Of a DNA stretch of 64,000 nt, positions 9,566-17,993 are shown in pieces. The notes below the pieces were generated by a model, which was given only the letters and a program-made list of their open reading frames with translations, searched no databases and was not told the origin of the DNA. The translations under genes and the position numbers were made by a program. Positions within the stretch are counted from its first letter, which is position 1; each line of letters begins with the position of its first letter. This stretch comes from Rhizobiaceae bacterium (lineage in GTDB: Bacteria; Pseudomonadota; Alphaproteobacteria; Rhizobiales; Rhizobiaceae), in the NCBI GenBank assembly GCA_965216105.1, contig OZ244147.1:1032764-1096763 (forward strand), read 5' to 3'.

Positions 9566-11377
9566 CTATTCCGCGGCGGTTGCGGCCTTGATGATTTCGC
9601 GCTGGCGGCGATATTTCTCAACCGCTTCCGTACCGCCCCGGGTTGATTGGTAAAGTCCAAGCCGGTCGTATTCGTCAGATCCTGCCGGCTGGATTGCCAG
9701 GTCGGTATATTCCTGCTTGCGGGGGTCGGCAAAAATGTTTTTGGCCAGGTGTTTGAAATAGAACCAGCTTGCCGTGATCTTCACCATTTCCGACAGGGCT
9801 GACCAGATAACCCGGGGGTAAAAACGGGCCGGGTTTTCCAGGGGTAGTCCGGGACGGCGGTCCTTGCGGTAGCGCTTTCGCAATACGCCGACATCGAGCG
9901 CTGCAATGCGGGTAAATCGCGTCTGGTAGCCGAACTGGAGAAGCCGTCCGGCGGTCATGTAACGGCGATCGCTACCAAGCGCAGCGGCGCGTTTCATGAT
10001 GGTTTTGCAATGTTCCAGCGAATAGAAACTCTTGCCGACCTCCTCATACAAATAGTCAAACTCTGCATCGCTGATGTTCGGGTGGTGGAAGACCCGGTGG
10101 GTAAGATCGTACTTGTTCAGGTCCGGGTCCATCCAGTCGCCACGTGCCAGTGCCCGTTTGTGGTCTTCCGAGCCGGGCAGGGGTGTCAGGATGGTCAGGT
10201 TCAGTATGTCTATGGGCAATTCCCGCTTGATGATTTCCACATCACGAAGAACGGATTCCCGGGTGTCGTTGGGGAACCCTATAATGTAGCCGCCATACAG
10301 GATTGTGTGGTATTTTTTCCAGGCCAGCATCATGTCGCGGTAGTCGGTGATCTTGTTTTGCCGCTTCTTCGAGGCTGCCAGGTTGTCGGGGTTGATGTTT
10401 TCAAGGCCGATAAATGCCTGGTTGACGCCCGCACGGGCACATTTTTCAATGAAACCCGGTATCTTGTGGCAAAGCGTGTCCACCTGGATGATCATCGAGA
10501 AATCCATTTTCTCGTTTTCACGAAGATGGATCAGGTGATCGAGAATTGCTTCCCAATTCCTGTTTCGGGCGAAATTGTCATCGGTGATGAAAAACCGGTG
10601 AACGCCAATGCTTTCATAGTGGCGAATGATCTTTTCAAGCGCTTCAATGCCCCGGAAGCGGCTGGTTCTGCCCTGCACATTGATGATGCAGCAGAAAGAA
10701 CATTCAAACGGACAACCCCGCCCCACATCGAAACTTGCATAAATCTCGTTTTTCATGGCTGTGGCAGGCAGTTTGGGGATTGTGGCGTTTTCTATTTCCG
10801 GCAAGTTGGCCGAATGGTCATAGACCGGTTTGAGCGTGCCTGCATGCGCGTCGCACAACACTTCGTCAAAAGCACCGTTTTCCGCTTCGCCAATGAAAAG
10901 TCCGATACCCATGTCCCGGGCCTCTTTCATCTCCACCGGCATTTCGTCAAGCATGCGATAGCAGCCGGATACATGAAATCCGCCAATGCAGACCGGAATA
11001 TCGGCAGCCAGGAACTTGTCGGCTATGTGCATGGCGCGGGGAAACTGGTTGGACTGGACGCCGACAAGGGCAATCAGTGCCTTTCCGCCATCCTTGCGAA
11101 TGCGTTTCAGCAGTTTCGAATGGTTTACCCGCTCGGTTATCTCGTCAATTGTTGTGATGCGTATCTCGACATTCCCGCCAAGAACCTGCCTGTCGCTGCA
11201 ATCTTCGGCAATACCGTACATGCAGGCAAGCGAGTTGGCCGGTACCCAGCTTCTTGCCCAGTGTATGGGGTATCCTTCGTCATCGTAGCGGGTGGCCTTG
11301 ATGAGAATAATGTTGAAGACTTCCGTGCTTTTCACAATTACCCTGCCAGAACGCGTGAGTCTGCCATCCCTTATCAT
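9566..11377 (-). CDS. B12-binding-domain radical SAM protein (class B-like), function unknown
   Basis: Start set at ATG 11377 (MIRDGRLTRSG...) with AGGGGAA upstream. N-terminal cobalamin-binding-type domain (ALVGVQSNQFPRAMHIADKFLAADIPVCIGGFHVSG). CxxxCxxC cluster motif GCPFECSFC. About 200-aa C-terminal extension. Confidence 0.85.
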   Translation of the reverse strand: MIRDGRLTRSGRVIVKSTEVFNIILIKATRYDDEGYPIHWARSWVPANSLACMYGIAEDCSDRQVLGGNVEIRITTIDEITERVNHSKLLKRIRKDGGKALIALVGVQSNQFPRAMHIADKFLAADIPVCIGGFHVSGCYRMLDEMPVEMKEARDMGIGLFIGEAENGAFDEVLCDAHAGTLKPVYDHSANLPEIENATIPKLPATAMKNEIYASFDVGRGCPFECSFCCIINVQGRTSRFRGIEALEKIIRHYESIGVHRFFITDDNFARNRNWEAILDHLIHLRENEKMDFSMIIQVDTLCHKIPGFIEKCARAGVNQAFIGLENINPDNLAASKKRQNKITDYRDMMLAWKKYHTILYGGYIIGFPNDTRESVLRDVEIIKRELPIDILNLTILTPLPGSEDHKRALARGDWMDPDLNKYDLTHRVFHHPNISDAEFDYLYEEVGKSFYSLEHCKTIMKRAAALGSDRRYMTAGRLLQFGYQTRFTRIAALDVGVLRKRYRKDRRPGLPLENPARFYPRVIWSALSEMVKITASWFYFKHLAKNIFADPRKQEYTDLAIQPAGSDEYDRLGLYQSTRGGTEAVEKYRRQREIIKAATAAE

Positions 11378-11467
11378 GTTTCCCCTGCGGGATACAGGTG
11401 AAGAAAGCAGGCATGGCCGAAGTTTTCGGTTTGACCGGAAGCTGATGCGCACAAACAACAATCCGGG

Positions 11468-11476
11468 TTATCCACA
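11468..11476 (+). promoter_or_regulatory. Perfect consensus DnaA box TTATCCACA upstream of dnaG
   Basis: Exact 9-mer located 67 nt upstream of the dnaG ATG. A single 9-mer match can occur by chance in 64 kb. Confidence 0.25.
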
Positions 11477-11542
11477 CACCTTCCCCGAAAACTTGTTCGC
11501 GAAATGATGGCGCAATGCCCGGCGAACGATTACATATGGGCC

Positions 11543-13513
11543 ATGCGCTTTCCTGACCGTTTCCTTGATGACATTCGTGACCGGATACCGATTTCCGAGG
11601 TTGTCGGCATGCGCGTACAGTTCGACAAGCGCAAAACCAATGCGGCAAGGGGCGATTATTGGGCCTGCTGCCCGTTTCACGGGGAAAAAACCCCCAGCTT
11701 CCATTGCGAGGACCAGAAGGGGCGGTATCACTGTTTTGGCTGTGGGGTTTCGGGAGACCATTTCCGGTTTCTGACGGAACTGGACGGGTTGAGCTTTCCC
11801 GAAGCGGTTGAGCTTCTTGCGGCGCAAGCGGGCTTGCCAATGCCCGTCATGGACCGCCGCGAGCAGGAGCGGGAGGAAAAGCGCAAGACGCTTTATGATG
11901 TCATGGAAATGGCGGCGGAGTTTTTCCGGACGCAATTGCATGAGGCTGTGGGTGCACAAGCCCGGGCATATCTGCGTGATCGCGGGCTTGCTCCGGCAAT
12001 ACAGGAAGAATTCCGTATCGGGTTTGCGCCGGACAGCCGCAACGCCCTGAAGCAATACCTTGCCGGGAAAGGGGTGGAACCTGCCCAGATGGAGGCTTGC
12101 GGACTGACCGCCACCCGGGACGGGGACGCTCTTTCATATGACCGGTTTCGCGGAAGGGTGATGTTTCCCATTCCTGATGCGAAAGGCCGCGTGATTGCTT
12201 TTGGCGGGCGCGCACTTTCCGATGATGCACTGGCGAAATATCTCAACTCCCCCGAAACCGAACTCTTTCACAAGTCCAATGTGCTCTACAATTTTGCCCG
12301 GGCCCGCAAGCCTGCCTACGAGCAGCACCAGGTCATTGCGTGTGAAGGATACATGGACGTCATCGCGCTTCATGCTTTCGGTTTTCACAATGCCGTCGCT
12401 CCGCTCGGGACCGCCCTGACGGAACGCCAGATGGAATTGCTGTGGCGAATGCACAGCGAGCCGGTGTTGTGTTTTGACGGCGATGGTGCCGGGCTCAAGG
12501 CTGCGCACCGGGTTGTCGATCTGGTTTTGCCGCTTCTCAAGCCGGGCATATCCGTCCGGTTTGCGATGTTGCCGGAAGGCATGGACCCTGACGACTTGCT
12601 GAAGGAGGCAGGTGCCGAAGCGATGCGTGACGTGCTGAAGGGCGCTATTCCTCTGGCTGAAATGTTGTGGAACCGTGAAATTGCAACCGGCATTCACGAC
12701 ACTCCGGAACGCCGGGCGGAATTGCAGGCCCGCTTGCGCGGCCTGGTAAACCAGGTGCGCGATGAAAGCGTGCGGCACCATTACGGACAGGACATCAAGA
12801 CAAGGCTTGATGCCTATTTCAATCCGGGCGGGAACCAGGCCGGCAACAGCAATGATCGTGCACGAAATTCCGGCAATGGATATCCGGCAAGGGGTGGTCG
12901 GCAGGGCGCATCCCGCACGGCCCAAATGCCGGGGGCAAGAAGGTTTTCTGCGAGCCCTTCTCTGTTGTCCAGCAAGCTGGTCAAACGTGGTCATGCAGGA
13001 ATGCCGCTGCGTGAAGCGGCCCTGATAGGCGGGGCACTCTATCACCCGGCCCTGTGTGTCGAGTTTTTTGAGGAAATATCCTCTCTTCATCTTGAAAGCA
13101 GTGAGGCCCGGTCGCTGCAATCGGTGTTGCTTGATTGTTTTGCGACGTGGGAAGGCGAGGGCGATTATCCGGACAGGGAGGTCATAAATGACCATGTCGT
13201 CAGGCACGGGCTTGAGGAGGCTTTGACGAGAATAGGAAAGCAATTGGCAATCAACCGTTTGTGGCAGTTATTGCCACCAGCGGCTTTTGAAGATGCACGG
13301 GACGGCTGGAATCAGGCACATGTCTTGCATCTCAAAAACCAGACCCTACATAGGGAACTCAAGACAGCAGAGCGCGCGCTGGCCGAAAATGACAGCCAGG
13401 AAAATCTCGAAAGACTGCTGCAAATACAACAAGAGCTGACCCGTGCGGACGGGGTTGAGGCATTGATTGACGGCTTCGGGCTTTCCTCGGGGAGGCCTGC
13501 GCGTGGTTTTTGA
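11543..13513 (+). CDS. dnaG: DNA primase
   Basis: Start at ATG 11543 (MRFPDRFLDDIRDRIPISEVV). CHC2 zinc finger CCPFHGEKTPSFHCEDQKGRYHCFGCG. TOPRIM region (VIACEGYMDVIAL ... CFDGDGAG). Confidence 0.95.
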   Translation: MRFPDRFLDDIRDRIPISEVVGMRVQFDKRKTNAARGDYWACCPFHGEKTPSFHCEDQKGRYHCFGCGVSGDHFRFLTELDGLSFPEAVELLAAQAGLPMPVMDRREQEREEKRKTLYDVMEMAAEFFRTQLHEAVGAQARAYLRDRGLAPAIQEEFRIGFAPDSRNALKQYLAGKGVEPAQMEACGLTATRDGDALSYDRFRGRVMFPIPDAKGRVIAFGGRALSDDALAKYLNSPETELFHKSNVLYNFARARKPAYEQHQVIACEGYMDVIALHAFGFHNAVAPLGTALTERQMELLWRMHSEPVLCFDGDGAGLKAAHRVVDLVLPLLKPGISVRFAMLPEGMDPDDLLKEAGAEAMRDVLKGAIPLAEMLWNREIATGIHDTPERRAELQARLRGLVNQVRDESVRHHYGQDIKTRLDAYFNPGGNQAGNSNDRARNSGNGYPARGGRQGASRTAQMPGARRFSASPSLLSSKLVKRGHAGMPLREAALIGGALYHPALCVEFFEEISSLHLESSEARSLQSVLLDCFATWEGEGDYPDREVINDHVVRHGLEEALTRIGKQLAINRLWQLLPPAAFEDARDGWNQAHVLHLKNQTLHRELKTAERALAENDSQENLERLLQIQQELTRADGVEALIDGFGLSSGRPARGF

Positions 13514-13680
13514 CCGCGATTTTTGCGTTTTTAAAGCAATTTGCCATCAAAGAGTCTCTTGACCTTTGCGCCACAAGACGGAATCAGTCGGGATGGAACA
13601 ATAAACCCAATTCCGCCCGGTGAGTGCCAGATTTTCTGAAGATTTCCTGCTGTCGGGAATTCTTCTGGAAAATGAACAGG

Positions 13681-13696
13681 TTAATTGTCGGTTAAC
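13681..13696 (+). promoter_or_regulatory. CtrA-box-like motif TTAA-N7-TTAAC upstream of rpoD
   Basis: The sequence ttaattgtcggttaac matches TTAA-N7-TTAAC exactly and lies about 150 nt upstream of the rpoD start. Motif match only. Confidence 0.3.
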
Positions 13697-13842
13697 CACG
13701 ATGGGGCTATCGCGGAATTATTGATTGATGAGACGTGATTCGCAATCGTCGGTACAAATGCCGACTTTCCAGGGTCCTGTCTTGCTGAAACAGTTGAAAA
13801 ATGCGGCTTTTCAACAGCAAAGCCGATGGAGGCGTTAGCCAT

Positions 13843-15840
13843 ATGGCGACCAAAGCCAAAGAAAAAGAAGTGTCTGCCAAAACGGACGACAAATCCAATG
13901 ACAACCAGGACCGCCCGGTTCTTGACCTGAGCGATGCCGCTGTCAAGAAAATGATCAAAGCTGCGAAGAAGCAGGGTTACGTTACCACAGACGCCCTCAA
14001 TGCAGTGCTGCCGTCCGAAGAGGTGTCTTCCGAGCAGATCGAGGACATCATGGCCATGCTTTCCGACATGGGCATCAACGTCGTTGATGAAGACGAGGTT
14101 GATGACGAAGTCGAAGGTGGTGACCTGGTCGAGACAACCGGCAAATCCGTTACAACAACCAAAAAGCGTGAACCAACAGATCGCACGGATGATCCGGTTC
14201 GCATGTATCTGCGTGAGATGGGTACGGTTGAATTGCTTTCCCGGGAAGGGGAAATCGCGATTGCCAAGCGCATAGAGGCCGGCCGCGAAACCATGATTGC
14301 CGGATTGTGCGAAAACCCGCTGACCTTCCAGGCGCTGATTATCTGGCGTGACGAACTCAACGAAGGCAATATCCTGCTTCGTGACATTATCGACCTTGAG
14401 GCGACCTATGCCGGTCCCGAGGCCAAGCAGGTCCAGACCCCTGCGGTCCAGCCTGAGGTGCAAAAGCCTGCCGAAGAGGAAAAGAAACCAGAAAAGCAGG
14501 TCGATCCGGTTACCGGCGAAGTGCTTGAAGGGCAGGAAGACGATGATGAGGATGATGACGAAATGGAAGCAAGCCTGTCGCTTGCTGCCATGGAAGCAGA
14601 ACTCAAGCCACAGATTTTTGATACGCTCAACCTGATCGCCAATGATTACAAGAAGCTGCGCAGGCTTCAGGACCAGCTGGTGGAAAAGGCGCTTGGCAAC
14701 AAGACACTCTCGCCCGCCCAAGAGAAGCGTTACAAGGAATTGCACGACAACATCGTGAAGGCGGTGAAGTCCCTTTCTCTCAACAACAACCGGATCGAGG
14801 CACTTGTCGAGCAGCTTTATGCAATCAACAAGAACCTGCTGGCGCTTGAAGGCCGGTTGATGCGCCTTGCCGAGGCCCATGGTGTGCCGCGTGAAGCGTT
14901 TCTTGAGGAATACATGGGTTCCGAGCTTGATCCGAACTGGATCCGGCGGATTGCCAACCTTTCGGCCAAGGGCTGGAAGGAATTCAACAAGGCCGAGAAC
15001 GGAACCATCAAGGAAATTCGCGGAGAGATCCAGGCACTTGCCGGAGAGACCGGGCTTCAGCCAACCGAATTCCGCCGGATTGTTCACAAAGTGCAGAAAG
15101 GCCAGCGTGAAGCACGCCAGGCCAAGAAGGAAATGGTGGAAGCAAACCTGCGTCTCGTTATTTCCATTGCAAAGAAATACACGAACCGCGGCCTTCAGTT
15201 CCTTGACCTTATCCAGGAAGGCAATATCGGCCTGATGAAGGCGGTCGACAAATTCGAGTATCGCCGGGGATACAAGTTCTCGACTTACGCGACATGGTGG
15301 ATCCGTCAGGCCATTACACGTTCGATTGCGGACCAGGCGCGGACCATCCGTATTCCGGTTCACATGATCGAGACAATCAACAAGATCGTGCGTACCTCAC
15401 GCCAGATGCTGCACGAGATTGGCCGTGAACCAACGCCGGAAGAGCTCTCCGAGAAACTGGCCATGCCGCTTGAAAAAGTGCGCAAGGTTCTGAAAATCGC
15501 AAAAGAGCCGATCTCGCTAGAAACGCCCATTGGTGATGAAGAAGATTCCCATCTCGGTGATTTCATCGAGGACAAGAATGCTGTGCTTCCGATTGATGCG
15601 GCAATTCAGGCAAACCTGCGTGAGACGACAACACGTGTTCTTGCCTCCCTTACACCACGCGAGGAGCGTGTGTTGCGGATGCGGTTCGGCATTGGCATGA
15701 ACACCGACCATACGCTTGAGGAAGTGGGGCAACAGTTCAGCGTGACACGTGAGCGTATTCGCCAGATTGAGGCAAAGGCCTTGCGCAAGCTGAAGCACCC
15801 GAGCAGAAGCCGCAAGCTGAGAAGCTTCCTCGACAGTTAA
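13843..15840 (+). CDS. rpoD: Primary RNA polymerase sigma factor (sigma-70)
   Basis: Start at ATG 13843 after GGAGG. Acidic non-conserved insert. Region 2 [27 protein letters not shown]. Region 4.2 [33 protein letters not shown]. Confidence 0.97.
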   Translation: MATKAKEKEVSAKTDDKSNDNQDRPVLDLSDAAVKKMIKAAKKQGYVTTDALNAVLPSEEVSSEQIEDIMAMLSDMGINVVDEDEVDDEVEGGDLVETTGKSVTTTKKREPTDRTDDPVRMYLREMGTVELLSREGEIAIAKRIEAGRETMIAGLCENPLTFQALIIWRDELNEGNILLRDIIDLEATYAGPEAKQVQTPAVQPEVQKPAEEEKKPEKQVDPVTGEVLEGQEDDDEDDDEMEASLSLAAMEAELKPQIFDTLNLIANDYKKLRRLQDQLVEKALGNKTLSPAQEKRYKELHDNIVKAVKSLSLNNNRIEALVEQLYAINKNLLALEGRLMRLAEAHGVPREAFLEEYMGSELDPNWIRRIANLSAKGWKEFNKAENGTIKEIRGEIQALAGETGLQPTEFRRIVHKVQKGQREARQAKKEMVEANLRLVISIAKKYTNRGLQFLDLIQEGNIGLMKAVDKFEYRRGYKFSTYATWWIRQAITRSIADQARTIRIPVHMIETINKIVRTSRQMLHEIGREPTPEELSEKLAMPLEKVRKVLKIAKEPISLETPIGDEEDSHLGDFIEDKNAVLPIDAAIQANLRETTTRVLASLTPREERVLRMRFGIGMNTDHTLEEVGQQFSVTRERIRQIEAKALRKLKHPSRSRKLRSFLDS

Positions 15841-15865
15841 ACGGGCGCATTTGCCTTGGAGTTTG

Positions 15866-15899
15866 AACGGCGGGACCCCATCAGGTTCCGCCGTTTTCA
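15866..15899. terminator. Hairpin between convergent rpoD and a TetR gene (possible terminator)
   Basis: AACGGCGG (15866-15873) / CCGCCGTT (15888-15895), followed by TT on the plus strand. The loop is long (14 nt) and the U-tract short. Confidence 0.45.
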
Positions 15900-15916
15900 T
15901 TTGCCAGGCAGTCTTT

Positions 15917-16513
15917 TCATGCCTGGAGCGCTTTAAACACCGCTTCGAAAATCCTCAGATGGTCTTCCCGGCTTTCGCCTTCCGAAATGCGCAATGCTGC
16001 GCGGTCGAACATGGCAGAGAGTTGGGATGTGAGCGCATCAAGGGGGAGTTTGCGAAACTCGCCAGCATCCATGGCGTGATTGAGGCCGACCTGCAATTCC
16101 CTCGATGTTGTTTGCATGTCCAACTGGCCGATTTCATCCGCTCCGAGTACGGCCGGGCCGTCAAGAAGCATCAGTCTCACCCTCCCCCTGTCGAGCATGC
16201 AGTCCAGGAAAATGCAGCTTCCGGCCATCAGCATGTCAATTGCCGTTTTATCCTGTGATATTGCGGCCTTGCCGATTTCTTCTGCCACTGCAGCAAACTC
16301 CGCCTCGACCACGGCACGGAACAGGTCCTGCTTGTCCGTAAAGTGGTGATAGAGCGCGCCGCGGGTAATCCCTGCTGCGCGAACAATCTCCGGGGTCGAG
16401 GTTTCAGCATACCCTTTGTCGACGAACAGCTTTCTCGCCGCTTTCACAAGCGTTGCCCTGGTTTCGCGCGTGCGTTCCGTATTTGAACGTCTGCCTGAAT
16501 TTTTCATTTGCAT
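15917..16513 (-). CDS. TetR/AcrR family transcriptional regulator
   Basis: 198 aa. HTH LFVDKGYAETSTPEIVRAAGITRGALYHHFTDKQDLF. The start is 16513 or 16507. Confidence 0.85.
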   Translation of the reverse strand: MQMKNSGRRSNTERTRETRATLVKAARKLFVDKGYAETSTPEIVRAAGITRGALYHHFTDKQDLFRAVVEAEFAAVAEEIGKAAISQDKTAIDMLMAGSCIFLDCMLDRGRVRLMLLDGPAVLGADEIGQLDMQTTSRELQVGLNHAMDAGEFRKLPLDALTSQLSAMFDRAALRISEGESREDHLRIFEAVFKALQA

Positions 16514-16559
16514 ACATACAGCCTGTATGTTAATTGATATTTACATACAATGTGTATGT
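16514..16559. promoter_or_regulatory. Two copies of the palindromic operator ACATACA-N3-TGTATGT in the TetR/VOC divergent promoter
   Basis: Copy 1 at 16514-16530 (acatacagcctgtatgt). Copy 2 at 16543-16559 (acatacaatgtgtatgt). The half-sites are identical, the centres are 29 bp apart, and the copies fill the 69-nt intergenic gap. Confidence 0.6.
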
Positions 16560-16582
16560 TATTGCAAAGGAGAGAGCAAGTC

Positions 16583-17008
16583 ATGAAATGTACGCAGTAT
16601 TATCCGGTTATCCAGACGAAGGATGTGGAGGGCACCAGTGCCTTTTATGTCGACCATTTCCGGTTCAAGCGGATCTTTGAAAGCGATTGGTACGTGCATC
16701 TGCAGTCAAGCGAGGACGAGAGCGTCAATCTTGCTGTTCTGCAGCACGATCACAGCACAATTCCGCAAGCAGGGCAGGGAGCGACGGTTGGAGGCCTCAT
16801 CCTGAACTTTGAGGTGGAAGATGTTGACGGTGAATATGACAGGGTCAGCAAGGCCGGTTTGCCTGTGCTGCTGGCTTTGCGGGACGAAGCGTTTGGCCAG
16901 CGCCATTTTATCACGCAAGATCCGAATGGGGTGTTGATTGATGTCATCAAGCCCATTCCTCCAGCGCCCGAGTTTCTTGAAGCCTATGGCGATCATGTGC
17001 CCGCCTGA
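16583..17008 (+). CDS. Glyoxalase/bleomycin-resistance/dioxygenase (VOC) family protein
   Basis: Start at ATG 16583 after AAGGAGAG. Begins [28 protein letters not shown], with [15 protein letters not shown] later; both are typical of the VOC fold. Confidence 0.8.
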   Translation: MKCTQYYPVIQTKDVEGTSAFYVDHFRFKRIFESDWYVHLQSSEDESVNLAVLQHDHSTIPQAGQGATVGGLILNFEVEDVDGEYDRVSKAGLPVLLALRDEAFGQRHFITQDPNGVLIDVIKPIPPAPEFLEAYGDHVPA

Positions 17009-17054
17009 ACCGTTGGCGTAATACGCTGGCCTCTTGACACCTTGCCGGAACAGC

Positions 17055-17086
17055 GGGGCCGCCCTTTTGGGGCGGCCTGTTTTTTG
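17055..17086 (+). terminator. Rho-independent terminator after the VOC gene
   Basis: GGCCGCCC / GGGCGGCC stem with a TTTTG loop, followed by TGTTTTTTG. Confidence 0.7.
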
Positions 17087-17207
17087 CTATTCAGGTGACA
17101 GGATGGATGTTGGGCATCAAAAGAAGATTGCCTGATGAAAATCTGAAAGCTTATCAACCTGGCACAGCCCGGTATGGATGCTGCCAATGGACGGGAGTGG
17201 ATTGATC

Positions 17208-17492
17208 ATGTCGTTTTTCAGTAAACTGTTTGGCGGTGGCGCGAGTGAAAAGAGTGGAGACGATACCATTGAGGCAGTGGTCTATGAGGGATACCGGATT
17301 CGCAGCATCAAGATGCAGGAAGGCGGGCAATACCGGGTCTGTGCCGAAATCAGCCGTGAGTTGAATGGCGAGGAAAAGACCCACAAACTGATCCGCGCAG
17401 ACATGTGCTCATCAGCAGAAGATGCTTCTGAAATCGCAATGCGAAAAGCAAAGCAGATGATCAAGGAACAGGGTGACCGGTTGTTCGGATAA
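17208..17492 (+). CDS. Small conserved protein of the type annotated 'HlyU family transcriptional regulator' in Rhizobiales
   Basis: Start at ATG 17208 (MSFFSKLFGGGASEK...). About 94 aa with the C-terminal ...KQMIKEQGDRLFG. The resemblance to the family is recalled from memory. Confidence 0.55.
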   Translation: MSFFSKLFGGGASEKSGDDTIEAVVYEGYRIRSIKMQEGGQYRVCAEISRELNGEEKTHKLIRADMCSSAEDASEIAMRKAKQMIKEQGDRLFG

Positions 17493-17498
17493 AGAGAC

Positions 17499-17924
17499 GT
17501 GACGGCCAAGCAAACAACCCTTGCCATAGCCACTTCCGGCCAGGGCTTGTACGAGTTTACCGGGCAGGCAGAGCGGTTCGTTGGTGAGGCAGGCATCAGT
17601 ACCGGCCTTTGCACGATTTATGTGCGACACACTTCCTGTTCGCTGCTGATTCAGGAAAATGCCGATCCGGAAGTGCAGACAGACCTGAAAAACTTCTTTG
17701 CCCGGCTCGTTCCTCCGACAACAGACCCTTCAATGGGCTATATTACCCATACCTATGAAGGGCCTGATGACATGCCTGCCCATATCAAGGCTGCATTGAC
17801 GCAGGTTTCCCTCTCTATTCCGGTTTCAGAAGGCCGGGTGATGCTGGGGAGATGGCAAGGTATCTATTTGTTTGAACACAGGAATTCGGCACATTCCCGT
17901 GAAATCGTCCTGCATGTTTCCTGA
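17499..17924 (+). CDS. yjbQ: YjbQ/UPF0047 family protein (secondary thiamine-phosphate synthase enzyme)
   Basis: 141 aa with a GTG start. Motifs TIYVRHTSCSLLIQENADPEV and PAHIKAALTQVSLSIPV are typical of YjbQ. Confidence 0.85.
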   Translation: MTAKQTTLAIATSGQGLYEFTGQAERFVGEAGISTGLCTIYVRHTSCSLLIQENADPEVQTDLKNFFARLVPPTTDPSMGYITHTYEGPDDMPAHIKAALTQVSLSIPVSEGRVMLGRWQGIYLFEHRNSAHSREIVLHVS

Positions 17925-17933
17925 TCAAAGTGT

Positions 17934-17993
17934 CAATTACCATAAATCCGGTTAATCGGGGTATTTTGGCCAATTACCAGAAATCAGGTTAAT
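17934..17993. repeat. Two copies of a 23-nt AT-rich direct repeat between convergent genes
   Basis: caattaccataaatccggttaat (17934-17956) and caattaccagaaatcaggttaat (17971-17993) share 21/23 identical positions. Each unit is itself an imperfect palindrome (AATTACC...GGTTAAT). Confidence 0.6.

Noticed and set aside
14490-14570. GAT/GAA-rich repeat in rpoD
   Set aside because: It encodes the acidic (EDDDEDDDE) non-conserved region typical of alphaproteobacterial sigma-70. It is not a separate element.
13681-15363. 560-aa minus-strand ORF opposite rpoD, and similar long antisense ORFs
   Set aside because: The other long antisense ORFs are 45165..46652, 49970..51211, 35379..36701, 39500..40375, 10010..11401, 19680..20912, 12134..13243, 3607..4758, 21250..22206 and 55262..56263. 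Each fully overlaps a gene with diagnostic motifs on the other strand. Stop-poor antisense frames are a known compositional by-product of GC-rich codon usage. None has a convincing RBS or a family signature.
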